A DNA stretch of 64,000 nucleotides. It comes from Nitrospiraceae bacterium (GTDB lineage Bacteria > Nitrospirota > Nitrospiria > Nitrospirales > Nitrospiraceae). Under the pieces are notes generated by a model. That model did no database searches, was not told the origin of the DNA, and saw only the letters and a list, made by a program, of their open reading frames with translations. The stretch is from assembly GCA_050246315.1 (NCBI GenBank), contig JBFWWG010000009.1, positions 96,001-160,000 of the forward strand. The letters run 5' to 3'. Made by a program: the position numbers and the translations under genes. Below, piece after piece: positions 10,135 to 19,724 of this stretch. The first letter of the stretch is position 1. Each line of letters begins with the position of its first letter.

Positions 10135-10860
10135 ATGCAGACCTTTCTCGCAGAAGTCGATCGAATCACCGACCTCACGCATGACGTGCGCGAGGTCGAG
10201 TTGCGGCTGCTGGAGCCCGAAGCCATCGATTTTCAACCGGGACAGTTCATCTCCTTTGACATCGTGGTGACGGGCAAGCCTAGGCCGGTGACGAGAGCCT
10301 ATTCGATCGCGTCTCCGCCCAGCCGGCCGAGACAGATTACGCTGCTGTTCAACCGGGTAGATCATGGCCCTGGGTCGAGTTATCTGTTTTCACTCAATGG
10401 GGGAGATCGAGTGCACTTCAAGGGGGCGGCCGGGACTTTCCGTCTGAGGGACGACGGGACACGCGACCTCTTGTTTGTCGCCACGGGTACGGGCATTGCG
10501 CCGCTGCGGGCGATGATCTGGACGAAGTTGGAGCAAGGGAGTCCCTGCGCCATCACGCTCTTTTGGGGCTTGCGGAGCCAGCGGGACCTCTACTATCAGC
10601 AGGAACTGACCGATCTCTCCAAGAGCTTTAGCCGGTTCCGGTACGTGACGACCCTCTCCAAGCCCGAACCGGGCTGGGCCGGCTCGACCGGACGAGTGAC
10701 CGAACTCGTCAGGGAGCAGATTCAATCGGTGTCCAACCTGGCCGTCTATCTGTGCGGCAACGGCGGCATGATCAAGGAAGTGACGGCGGTGCTGAACGCG
10801 AAAGGCCTGTGTCCGATCTATCGCGAAAAGTGGTATGACGAAGAGCCGGATGCGGGTTGA
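10135..10860 (+). CDS. FAD/NAD(P)-binding oxidoreductase (ferredoxin reductase-like)
   Basis: FQPGQF, RAYSIAS, GPGSSYL, ATGTGIAP, YLCG. Confidence 0.9.
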   Translation: MQTFLAEVDRITDLTHDVREVELRLLEPEAIDFQPGQFISFDIVVTGKPRPVTRAYSIASPPSRPRQITLLFNRVDHGPGSSYLFSLNGGDRVHFKGAAGTFRLRDDGTRDLLFVATGTGIAPLRAMIWTKLEQGSPCAITLFWGLRSQRDLYYQQELTDLSKSFSRFRYVTTLSKPEPGWAGSTGRVTELVREQIQSVSNLAVYLCGNGGMIKEVTAVLNAKGLCPIYREKWYDEEPDAG

Positions 10861-11525
10861 TTCGAGTTACTGTTCCGGTTTTTTCTGCGCAGGATGCCTT
10901 CCAGACTCCGTTTTCGACCACTCGACCATAGTTGGAACCTGTGATTTCCCGTAGCGTGTCATGAGGAGGATCTGTGCGGCCACCCTCTGGATCGTGATGG
11001 ACCGGAGGGTCGATGCGGTCACAAAAGGGGCGCCCTCTGCATGGCCTATCCCATGACCACATCGTGTTTCCGGATAAATACCGTCCGGCGCCGCTCTCAT
11101 CAACCTCACAATTGCCGTGGAGAGAGCAACGGGTTCAAGGTGTCGCTTGATCGCGCTGCCGTGGTGCGTCGGGCGGTGCATCGGGGGGATCAAGGCGCCG
11201 ACGAGGTTATCGAATTGGGACGCTGAATGTCTCGTCGCTCGGAGAGAGTACGACCTCGAACGACCGGCTTGTGAGCAATGGCGATGTTCCAACAGGATAC
11301 GAGAAAACCCTCCGCTCATCATTCGATGGCCTCAGAACGAACGGAGCAGTCATTGGATACGCTGGTGTTTTCCGATCGTGCCGAGCCTGCCGAAGCACGC
11401 ACATCGGGTTTCCGCGGCTGCTCGGTTTTCTCGTATTGGGCGGTAGAGCCTCCCGCCCGGTGTTCCGGTAGCACGGGAAACGTCCGCTCATTTCCCCCTG
11501 TCGCACGGGCGGTCCCGCGACGACA

Positions 11526-11732
11526 TCAGTGTGTTGGAGCGGAGGAATGGCCAGACTGTTTCCACGGGATCGCATGTTGGAAGACGCACTTCGGGCAGGT
11601 GTAGTGGAGGAATTGTCCGCCGGCGACCAGTCGTTTGCGCATCGACACCTTGCACCAGGTGCAGAGCCGATCGGGCAGCGCCGCCTCGGTGGAAGCCGAG
11701 GCTTGGGATTGTTGAGTCGGCGTTTGTGACAT
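11526..11732 (-). CDS. Small zinc-ribbon protein (CxxC...CxxC)
   Basis: CTWC and CPKC pairs; true ATG preceded on the minus strand by TTGACA-18-GACAAT-7 nt. Confidence 0.65.
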   Translation of the reverse strand: MSQTPTQQSQASASTEAALPDRLCTWCKVSMRKRLVAGGQFLHYTCPKCVFQHAIPWKQSGHSSAPTH

Positions 11733-11831
11733 GGACGGTATTGTCCTTGAGCGGTAGGAAGTTTGTCAACGAAGCCGATTCATGATCTCGCTGGACAGAG
11801 CGGCAGGTCTCGCGTACAGTGCCGAGCCATT

Positions 11832-12167
11832 GTGTCACAGACGATCCGAGACATCCTGGACCAACTCCCTGGAAGGCTTGATTCCGAGGCGGCGGAAGGC
11901 GTCACGGCGGTCTATCAGTTTGAATTGAGCGATCCGGGCGGAGGTCGCTATTATCTGGTAATCGACGACGGGACCTGTTCCGTCACGGAGGGGAACCACC
12001 CTGATCCAGACGTGACGTTGGCGATGTCCGGCGCCGATGCCTTGGGGGTGCTGAGCGGCAATCTGTCCGGTCAGGCCATGGCGATGACCGGTCGCCTGAG
12101 TGTCAGCGGCGACATCGGTCTTGCCCTTCAATTGAAATCCCTGTTCCCCTCCGTGAAGACTTCCTGA
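11832..12167 (+). CDS. SCP2 sterol/lipid-binding domain protein
   Basis: VYQFELSDPGGGRYYLVIDDGTCSV...PDVTL...MTGRLSVSGDIGLALQL; GTG start assumed. Confidence 0.88.
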   Translation: MSQTIRDILDQLPGRLDSEAAEGVTAVYQFELSDPGGGRYYLVIDDGTCSVTEGNHPDPDVTLAMSGADALGVLSGNLSGQAMAMTGRLSVSGDIGLALQLKSLFPSVKTS

Positions 12168-12194
12168 GCCATCACGTCTTCTCCACCGGCTCCG

Positions 12195-15100
12195 TTACTC
12201 GATCTCTCCGGCTGGAGCGGGCTGCGCGTCGGGCCGCAGGTCAGGCGGTCGGGCCGTCCCGCCTGCATCCGTCTTCTCGCCGGTCTCCTCCCGCATCGTG
12301 CGCGGGAATCGTTCTTCCAAGATCAGATAGAGCGGCGGGATCAGAAATAGCGTCAGCACCGTCGAGACGCTGAGCCCCCCGATCACGGAACGGGCCAGCG
12401 GCGCGTTGGTCTCTCCGCCCGTGCCCCATCCGAGCGCCATCGGCAACAGGCCGAAGACCGTAGCGAGCGAGGTCATGAGAATCGGCCGGAGCCTGGTGCG
12501 GGCCGCGCGAACCACGGCGTCGCGCAGGGCCATCCCTCGCCGGCGAAGTACGTTGGTATAGTCCACCAGCAGGACGCCGTTCGAGACCACGATTCCGAGC
12601 ATCATGATCACGCCCATGAACGAGGTGGTGGAGATCGTCGTCTTGGTCAGGAACAGCATGAGGATGACGCCGGGAAATCCCATCGGCACGGAAAACATGA
12701 TAATGAAGGGATCGATCAAGGATTTGAACTGCGCCGCCATGACCATGTACACGAGCAGGAGCGCCAGGATCGTCGCGAACCACAGGCCCGCGAACGTTTC
12801 ACGCTGCTGCTGAATCTGTCCCGCCAATCGCACGGTGAAACCCGGCGGCAGTTGAAGCTCGGCGAATCTCTCCTCCAAGGCCTGCGCGATGGCCCCAAGG
12901 TCCTGGTGGATCGGGTTGGCGGTGATGTGGATGACCCGCTGGAAGTATTTGCGCTCGATCTTGACGGGGCCGGCATTAAACCGGATCGAGGCGAGATTCT
13001 TGAGCAGCACCGGCTCCCCCGCCTTGGTGGCCAACAGCACGTTCTCCAGATCGGCGAGGTCTTTGCGATGCCGCTCGTCCAGCCAGGCGCTGATGTAATA
13101 TTCGTTTCCGGTCTCCGGATCGGTGAAGATGATCGGATCCGTCTGGCCGTTGCCGTTGAGGGAATAGAGGACGGTGTTGGCCACGTCGGCTTCGCTGATG
13201 CCGAGCAGCGCCGCCTTCTCACGATCGACGTCGATGTCGAGCTCCGGATAATTCTCTTCGCGGCTGACTTCGATGTCTGCCAGCCACCGCCCGTCGCCGA
13301 TCTCATGCATCATCGACTCGACCTGCTTGATGACCTTTCGCGCTTTCTCGAATTCATAGCCGTAGATCTCGACATCCACCGCCTTCTGCGATCCGAAGCT
13401 CGTCACGCGCTTGACGATGCCGCCCGGGTCGAAGAACATCGCGACGCCCGGAAAGAGCTTGAGCACCTTCGGACGGATGTCGTTCATGATCTGGACCTGC
13501 GAGCGGGCTCGGCGGTCCGGTGAAACGAGATACACCTGAATCAAAGAGGTGTGGGGGCCGGTGTTGGGGTTGAAGAGGGAGGAGCGTCCCTGCTGGAGGA
13601 TGCCGGTGCTGGATACGATCGTTTCCAGCTCGTCGGGCCGGATCTGTTCGCGGAGGACGCGTTCGATTTCTGCAACCTGCTGTTCCGTTTTTTCGACCCG
13701 TTGGCCGACGGGGGCGCGCACGACGATGCGGAACTGGCTTTCATCCGTCACCGAGATGAATTCCGATCCAATGAGCGGGACCAGCAACAGTGACGCGCAG
13801 AAGAAGACCAGCACCGAGAGCAGGACCGGCGTCCGGTGTCGGAGGACCCACAAGAGGCTCGCCTGGTAGCCCGCGTCGAGCGAGTCATACCTGCGCCGGG
13901 ACCAGTCCTTGAATCGTGTCCAGGTCCCCGATTCTTCGCCGCCCTGCGTCCTCTCAGGCTTGAGGAACTTATAGCAGAGGGCGGGCGTGATGGTCCGGGA
14001 GACGAAGAAGGAGGTAAACAGGGAGATTGCGATCGTGACGGTCAGGGGCACGAGCAGCAGTTTGCCGATGCCGACCACGAAAAAGATCGGGAGAAAGACC
14101 ACAACCGTCGTGACGGTCGAGGCGAAGATCGGCATGGCCACTTCGCGGGCGGCTTCAAGGATCGCCATCCACCGATTCGGGGTCGTATTCAAATGCCGTT
14201 GGATGTTCTCCAACTCCACGATCGAATCGTCTACCAGCCGGCCGATGCCCAGGGCGAGTCCGCCGAGCGTAAAAATGTTCAAGGTCTGTCCGGAAAAATA
14301 CATGACGACGAATGTCACCATGATCGAGAGCGGAATGGCCACCGACACGATGAGGGTCGCCGTCAGGTTGCGCAGGAAGACGAGAATGACGGCTGCGGCC
14401 AGGACCGATCCGTGCAACGCCTGCTCGGCCAGGTTCGCGATGGATTGGCGAATATAGACGGACTGGTCGAAGGAAATCCCCAGTTGTACCCCGGGCGGGA
14501 TGCCGATCATCTTCGTCAACTGGGTCCGGAGGCTGTCCACAACCTCGACCGTGTTGGCGATCGGCTGTTTGTTGACGCGCAGATAGACCGCGCGGTTCCC
14601 GTCGGTTCGGACAATATTGGTTTGAATGTCGGAGGAGTCGGTGACGGTCCCCAGGTCCCGCACCCGCACGGGATTGCCGCGGGGGTCGAGCTTGACGATC
14701 ACCTCGTTGATCGGCTCGGCCGATTTGAACTGGTTGTTGGTGAAGACGTTGTAATCCAGGTTGCCGGCTTTCAGATCGCCGGACGGCAGGATCAGGTTCG
14801 ACGCTTTGACGGCGTTGACGACGTCAAGAATCGAAAGCCCTCTCGCGTGGAGCAGGCCCGGATCGAGATTGATGTTGAGTTGGCGGATTTTCCCCCCTTC
14901 GACCGTCGCGGCCGCGACGTTGTTGATTTGCTCGATCTGCGGGGCAATCGTATTGAACGCCAAGTCGTAGAGCGCGCGTTCGTCGAGATTGTCGCTCGAG
15001 ACCGTCACGAACGCGACGGGAATGTTGGAGACGTCGAACTTGACGACGAAGGGTTGGAGCACGCCCGGCGGCAACTGGTTCAGGATCTGTGTGATCCGCT

Positions 15101-15428
15101 GCATGACTTCCATCTGGCCGACGTTGATGTCGGCGCCCCAATTGAACCAGACCTGCACGGCCCCGATGCCGTATTTGGCGAAAGACTCCACGTGCTCGAC
15201 GTTGGAGGCGGAACTGACTGCCTTTTCGATCTGGTAGACGACGCTTTTTTCGATGTCGATCGGAGGCGCGCCCTTATAGACGACGCCCACGAACACGACC
15301 GGCACTTGAATGTTGGGGAACAGATCGACCGGCAGCCGCTGGAGCGACACGACGCCGAGCACGACCATGGCCAGCGAAAGCATCAGAAAACCGATGCGAT
15401 TGCGAAGGGCGAGAAGAGTCAGCCACAT
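12195..15428 (-). CDS. RND efflux transporter permease (AcrB/AcrD/AcrF family)
   Basis: 1077 aa; LPVDLFP, GRLVDDSIVELENI, RLRPILMT. Confidence 0.95.
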   Translation of the reverse strand: MWLTLLALRNRIGFLMLSLAMVVLGVVSLQRLPVDLFPNIQVPVVFVGVVYKGAPPIDIEKSVVYQIEKAVSSASNVEHVESFAKYGIGAVQVWFNWGADINVGQMEVMQRITQILNQLPPGVLQPFVVKFDVSNIPVAFVTVSSDNLDERALYDLAFNTIAPQIEQINNVAAATVEGGKIRQLNINLDPGLLHARGLSILDVVNAVKASNLILPSGDLKAGNLDYNVFTNNQFKSAEPINEVIVKLDPRGNPVRVRDLGTVTDSSDIQTNIVRTDGNRAVYLRVNKQPIANTVEVVDSLRTQLTKMIGIPPGVQLGISFDQSVYIRQSIANLAEQALHGSVLAAAVILVFLRNLTATLIVSVAIPLSIMVTFVVMYFSGQTLNIFTLGGLALGIGRLVDDSIVELENIQRHLNTTPNRWMAILEAAREVAMPIFASTVTTVVVFLPIFFVVGIGKLLLVPLTVTIAISLFTSFFVSRTITPALCYKFLKPERTQGGEESGTWTRFKDWSRRRYDSLDAGYQASLLWVLRHRTPVLLSVLVFFCASLLLVPLIGSEFISVTDESQFRIVVRAPVGQRVEKTEQQVAEIERVLREQIRPDELETIVSSTGILQQGRSSLFNPNTGPHTSLIQVYLVSPDRRARSQVQIMNDIRPKVLKLFPGVAMFFDPGGIVKRVTSFGSQKAVDVEIYGYEFEKARKVIKQVESMMHEIGDGRWLADIEVSREENYPELDIDVDREKAALLGISEADVANTVLYSLNGNGQTDPIIFTDPETGNEYYISAWLDERHRKDLADLENVLLATKAGEPVLLKNLASIRFNAGPVKIERKYFQRVIHITANPIHQDLGAIAQALEERFAELQLPPGFTVRLAGQIQQQRETFAGLWFATILALLLVYMVMAAQFKSLIDPFIIMFSVPMGFPGVILMLFLTKTTISTTSFMGVIMMLGIVVSNGVLLVDYTNVLRRRGMALRDAVVRAARTRLRPILMTSLATVFGLLPMALGWGTGGETNAPLARSVIGGLSVSTVLTLFLIPPLYLILEERFPRTMREETGEKTDAGGTARPPDLRPDAQPAPAGEIE

Positions 15429-15444
15429 GGGTTAGCCGGAAAAT

Positions 15445-15636
15445 AGTGCTAAGTGCTGAGGACTGAGTGCTGAGTAACGCCCGAAAACAGTGCTGGGTGC
15501 TGGGTTGCGACCCAAGGCAGTGCTGAGTGCTGAGGACTCAGTACTGAGGCCAAGGTCATCCGGAATGTCCCCGTCGGTGATGTGCTCATTCCTTCCGTCC
15601 ACCGACTCGACTCAGCACCGAGCACTCAGGATTCAG
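15445..15636. repeat. Heptamer (AGTGCTG-like) tandem repeat clusters with one inverted cluster
   Basis: Direct clusters at 15445-15475, 15489-15502 and 15519-15546; inverted units (CTCAGCAC.CGAGCAC.TCAGGAT.TCAG) at about 15609-15636. Confidence 0.85.
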
Positions 15637-16801
15637 AAAGCGGCTGCGCCTGCACCGGCTGGTCCTCGTGGACCAGATCTTTTCCCGAGACGATGACCGC
15701 TTCGTCGCCGGAGAGACCCTTGGTGACTTCGATCCGGTTGCCGTTCCGCGCGCCCAATTCCACCGAGACGCGGTGCGCCTTGCCTCCCTGAACAACGTAA
15801 ACGTACTGCAACTCCTCCAACCTGGTGACGGCGTCGAGCGGGATTTGGATCGCGTCGGCATGCTGTCCCACGATCACCTCCACCCTGGCGAACATGCCGC
15901 CCTTAAGCGCGAGGTCGGGATTGGGGAGGTCCACCTCCACCGTCATCGTGCGGGTATTGCGGTTCAGTGCCTGGACGATGCGGGTCACGGCGCCGTGGAA
16001 CACCCGGTCCGGATAGGCTTCCGCTCTGATTTCTGCCGGCTGGCCGATCTGAATCAACGGCACGTCCTTCTCGACGACTTCGATCATCGTGCGGACGGTC
16101 GCGATCTCGTGCAAACTCAAGATGCCTCGCGACATGGTCGAGGTGCTGGCGGTCGAGCCGGTCACGTAGGCCCCAGGATCGAGGTTGCGTTCGGCGACAT
16201 AGCCCGCGAAAGGAGCACGGATGTAGGAATAGGCCAGGTTGGTGTCCGCCTGCTGCAAGGCTACCTCCATCTGTTTGACCTGCGCCTCCAGCGATTCCAT
16301 CAGCGCGATGGCCGCGTCGTAATTGACCTGGGCCGTGTCCAGGTCCTGCTGGGACACGAATTGATCCGAGATGAGCGCGTTCATGCGATCCAGGGTCAAC
16401 TTGGCATTGTGCACGGCGGCTCGCTGCTGGGTGACCTTGGCTCGTGCGGCGGCCAGGTTGGCCTTAGCCTGGTTGACGGCATGGACATAGTCCGTGTGGT
16501 CGATCTCGATCAACAATTGGTTGGCTTTGACGAAGTCGCCTTTGTCCACGTGTAGCTTGGCGATGTAGCCATCGACGCGGGAAAAGACCTGTACGGTCTG
16601 GTTCGGGGTGATGTCCGCGGTGTAACTCATGCGAAGCTCGACGGCGCCTCTGATCGGAATCGCCGTGCCCACCGTGATCGTGCGGCTTTTTCGGGCGTCC
16701 GGTTTGGCCCCGGTGCTGAGCCGGAACACGACCAGACCCAGGACGGTGACAAAGATGATCACGCCCAGCACGACGATGGGATGGCGGGTGAGGCGGCTCA
16801 C
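15626..16801 (-). CDS. RND efflux periplasmic adaptor (membrane fusion protein)
   Basis: N-terminal anchor, SRVDGYIAKLHVDKGDFVK, IRAPFAG, TRTMTVEV, LKGGMFARV. Confidence 0.95.
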   Translation of the reverse strand: MSRLTRHPIVVLGVIIFVTVLGLVVFRLSTGAKPDARKSRTITVGTAIPIRGAVELRMSYTADITPNQTVQVFSRVDGYIAKLHVDKGDFVKANQLLIEIDHTDYVHAVNQAKANLAAARAKVTQQRAAVHNAKLTLDRMNALISDQFVSQQDLDTAQVNYDAAIALMESLEAQVKQMEVALQQADTNLAYSYIRAPFAGYVAERNLDPGAYVTGSTASTSTMSRGILSLHEIATVRTMIEVVEKDVPLIQIGQPAEIRAEAYPDRVFHGAVTRIVQALNRNTRTMTVEVDLPNPDLALKGGMFARVEVIVGQHADAIQIPLDAVTRLEELQYVYVVQGGKAHRVSVELGARNGNRIEVTKGLSGDEAVIVSGKDLVHEDQPVQAQPLSES

Positions 16802-17493
16802 GGGGTAGGAGGCGCGCTCCTTTCAGACGGACTCTTCTGACGGGCAGGCCTGTTGCGCACGAGACCGCCCAAAAACAACCGCACATATTCCTGGACGACC
16901 TCCTCGTGCGTCAGATGCAGCGGAATGCCGAGGATGTCGTGCAGGATCCGGTGGTGCACGATGATGCCGAAGAAGGCCCGGGCGGTCAGTTGAGGATCGA
17001 CGGCACGGAAGGCGCCGTCGGCGATCCGCCGGCTGATGTGTCCAGCCAGGAGATCGTAGAACAGACGGTACTGTTGCCGGAAGAACATCGACGATAATTC
17101 GTGCCCTTCCAGAGCACTGAACAGCAGCAGACGCAGCATCGTGGGGTCCGCCCCTTTGCGGATGCGAAATCCGGCCAACAGGGTGAAGAGGCCCTCGTCG
17201 TCTCGGTCGGCCGAGGCCTTTTCCAGCGCGACGCGCAATTCCGAGTATTGAGCCTTTTCGGCGAGGATGGCGCTGTAGAGGGCCTGCTTGGTCGGGAAGT
17301 GCTTGAAGAGCAGCGCTTCGCTCACGCCGGCCGCCTTGGCGATGTCCTTGGTCGTGGTCCCGCTGAAGCCTTTGGCGGCAAAGAGGCACGCGGCGGCGCC
17401 GATCAAACCTGCCTGCCGGTCTCGCGCCGACGCGCGACCGGTGCCGTTGTCGCGAGCGGTCGACTTGCGAGGCCTTGTGGCGACCCTGCTCAT
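16798..17493 (-). CDS. TetR/AcrR family transcriptional regulator
   Basis: LFAAKGFSGTTTKDIAKAAGVSEALLFKHFPTKQALY helix-turn-helix; stop overlaps the MFP start. Confidence 0.93.
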   Translation of the reverse strand: MSRVATRPRKSTARDNGTGRASARDRQAGLIGAAACLFAAKGFSGTTTKDIAKAAGVSEALLFKHFPTKQALYSAILAEKAQYSELRVALEKASADRDDEGLFTLLAGFRIRKGADPTMLRLLLFSALEGHELSSMFFRQQYRLFYDLLAGHISRRIADGAFRAVDPQLTARAFFGIIVHHRILHDILGIPLHLTHEEVVQEYVRLFLGGLVRNRPARQKSPSERSAPPTP

Positions 17494-17494
17494 G

Positions 17495-17514
17495 GTAAGT
17501 AAGTGCTCACTCAC
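17495..17514. promoter_or_regulatory. Putative TetR operator
   Basis: Imperfect 20-bp palindrome GTAAGTAAGTGCTCACTCAC directly upstream of the tetR ATG. Confidence 0.6.
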
Positions 17515-17746
17515 CCGCGAGCGTATCATGCGCTTCGTTCCAGCGACAAGATCTGAGGATATCCCGGATCGACGTCACGGTGAGACAAGGAACAAGGGCG
17601 GGCGCCTACCTCCGGCTGAGTTGATCGCAAGACCGGCATTGACAGGGACCGAGGCAATCTGTAGTTTTTGCGCCGGTCGCTGGTTGAGACGGCGCAACGT
17701 TGGTCCGTTGACGCTTCAGCCAAAAAGGTCAAACAAGGAGATGCCC

Positions 17747-18337
17747 ATGTCGAGCAGGATGCTCATCGGTTTGATGGTCTGTCTAGTCGCATTGCCGGTC
17801 TCGGCGTTTGCCAAGGATAAGGGGAAAGCGAAGGAGAAAGAACAGAGCGGCTTTACGGTGACGAGTCTCGACATCGTGCCGAACACGAAGATCAGTGTCA
17901 AACACGTCTTCAAGGGATTCGGCTGCGAGGGCGGCAATCTCTCGCCGGCCTTGAGTTGGACTGGGGCGCCGGAGGGGACTAAGAGCTTCGCGATCACGGC
18001 CTACGACCCGGACGCGCCGACCGGCAGCGGCTGGTGGCATTGGGTGGTCTACAATATTCCCGCCGACGTCACCGAGCTCAAGACCGGCGCAGGCAGCGTC
18101 GAGTCGCCGCAACTGCCGCCCGGCGCGGTGCAGGGCAAGACGGATTTCGGGACTGCCGGATATGGAGGTCCTTGTCCCCCGGTCGGCCACGGCAAACATC
18201 GGTACATCTTCACGGTCCACGCGCTCAAGACCGAGAAGCTGGATGTCCCGGCCGATGCCACTGCGGCATTGATTGGGTTCATGATCAACGCCAACCGATT
18301 GGGCAAGGCGACACTGACTGGAATTTACTCGCGGTAA
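17747..18337 (+). CDS. YbhB/YbcL family (PEBP-like) secreted protein
   Basis: AGGAG RBS, signal peptide, GGNLSPAL, DPDAPTGSGWWHW, YGGPCPP, HRYIFTV. Confidence 0.93.
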   Translation: MSSRMLIGLMVCLVALPVSAFAKDKGKAKEKEQSGFTVTSLDIVPNTKISVKHVFKGFGCEGGNLSPALSWTGAPEGTKSFAITAYDPDAPTGSGWWHWVVYNIPADVTELKTGAGSVESPQLPPGAVQGKTDFGTAGYGGPCPPVGHGKHRYIFTVHALKTEKLDVPADATAALIGFMINANRLGKATLTGIYSR

Positions 18338-18415
18338 GATCGGTAAGAATTGTCTGCGGCGGGGGGAGGAATATCGCCGGCAAAGCGGCGCAGCAACCGA
18401 CGGATGCGTCCCTGC

Positions 18416-19199
18416 TTACAGTAGCTGGACGATACCGGCCGAGAACGTCCTCAGATCTTCGAGCCGAGCTTGAATGATGTCGTAGATCTCATCGTAGTCG
18501 ATCTTCCAATAGACATGAATCAGGAGATTTCGGAATCGCGCCATCTGCCGAAGGCGATCGGCAAGGTCATGGGAAATAATATCGGTCTGCTCTAGCCCAC
18601 ATTATTCATGATGGTTCGTCACGAAACCGCGAAGTCGCCATGCGAGACGGGCGCGTGGAGATGCGAGGGAGGGAGGCATACTTGAAACAGTATGTTGACC
18701 GACCGAGCAGCGAGCCCGCCCGCCATACCGCACTTCGTGTGAGCCGGCGGCTCATCGGGCATAGTCCCTCTATACGAAGCTTCGCTTGGACCGTCGGCTA
18801 TTCATCGTATTTTCGTAGCTGCGCCGACGGAGAAGCACCCTACGGGCATGTCCCTTCCTCAGTGTTTGATACGCCGCCGGAGAAATCCCTTCGACCGGCC
18901 GGGCTTGTCGTAGCGGCGAATGCCCGGTTGCAGTAGAAGCATTCATGAATAATGTGGGCTAGCGCCGTGAAGCAGGCTGCATACTCTTCCGGAACACGCT
19001 GTAGCTGCTTGGCGGATACGTGAAAGCAGAGGGCCAACGCCGCTTCGATGGCGACCAGCAGTCGGTAACAGGCAATATCCAGCTTGTCTTGGTCCGCCAG
19101 GAATTGTTCACGAGAGCCAGAACGGAATTGTTCCAGCCGCGAAATCGCTGCCTCAATCTCTTCGCAGCGTGACCGAACCAGATCCGGGTTCAGCCTCAT
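18416..19199 (-). pseudogene. HepT-like (DUF86/HEPN) RNase toxin split by a MITE
   Basis: 5' part 19199-18963 (MRLNPD...CFTA) joined to 3' part 18595-18416 (LEQTDIISHDLADRLRQMARFRNLLIHVYWKIDYDEIY...) gives 138 aa with an Rx4H motif. Confidence 0.9.
18596..18958. mobile_element. MITE-like non-autonomous element, copy A (363 bp)
   Basis: Perfect 16-bp TIR CCCACATTATTCATGA / TCATGAATAATGTGGG flanked by CTAG on both sides; interrupts hepT; no transposase inside. Confidence 0.9.
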
Positions 19200-19645
19200 C
19201 CTGCGAACGCCTCTGCCGTGCTCCGCCGGAGGAGAGGGGCCAAGTCGAGGTATCGCCGGGCGACATCTTCCAAGGTGGCTGAAAGAAACCTCTCGTCCCG
19301 GCACAGGAGGAGGGATCCTCGGAGCACATGGTAGACGAAGGTCACCGGAGCCTCGTTGAGCACGCGGATGTCGACCGGCAATCCGAGCATTGAAGACAGC
19401 CGATCTTCCAGTTCAGCGGCGATTGACGAACTCCGTCCCGACGCCGACGGATGGAGATAGAGCCCAACGTCCACATCGTGGAACATCGTCTCGCTTAAAC
19501 AGGAACCATACAGATAGGCTACAGTCACCTCCGACTCCTTATCCAATTCGCGACTCAAGCCGGCCTGCAACTGAGCGAGCCGCTCCGTCGTCATCGGATA
19601 GGCCCGAGCGAACCTCGCACCCGTATCCTGCTCGTGGCGGTTCAT
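19196..19645 (-). CDS. MntA-like minimal nucleotidyltransferase antitoxin
   Basis: AYLYGS...HDVDVG (GS-DxD), VDIRVLNEAP; stop overlaps the hepT start (ATGA). Confidence 0.88.
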   Translation of the reverse strand: MNRHEQDTGARFARAYPMTTERLAQLQAGLSRELDKESEVTVAYLYGSCLSETMFHDVDVGLYLHPSASGRSSSIAAELEDRLSSMLGLPVDIRVLNEAPVTFVYHVLRGSLLLCRDERFLSATLEDVARRYLDLAPLLRRSTAEAFAG

Positions 19646-19724
19646 GTGGCGATGATACAACGCTGACGAGATGCGAACAAGCAACGTCCGGGGAGGCGAA
19701 CTCTGGAGGAGGGGAAGCGGGGGA

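Noticed and set aside
10867..11500. Several ORFs in the gap after the oxidoreductase
   Set aside because: No motif, RBS or convincing composition; left unassigned.
13836..15446. Long antisense ORFs (also 42431-43573, 55669-56616, 62683-63990)
   Set aside because: Shadow frames of GC-rich coding genes on the opposite strand, with no recognisable motifs.
15445..15636. Possible CRISPR array (also considered for 23850-23950)
   Set aside because: Units are 7 bp, adjacent and partly inverted. There are no 25-40 bp repeats with unique spacers and no cas genes.
18640..18936. 98-aa ORF inside the MITE as a transposase
   Set aside because: Too short, no DDE or HUH motifs, and not preserved in the other copies.
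18840..19304. 154-aa ORF as an intact gene
   Set aside because: It is the hepT 5' half reading into the inserted element, plus an upstream extension overlapping mntA.
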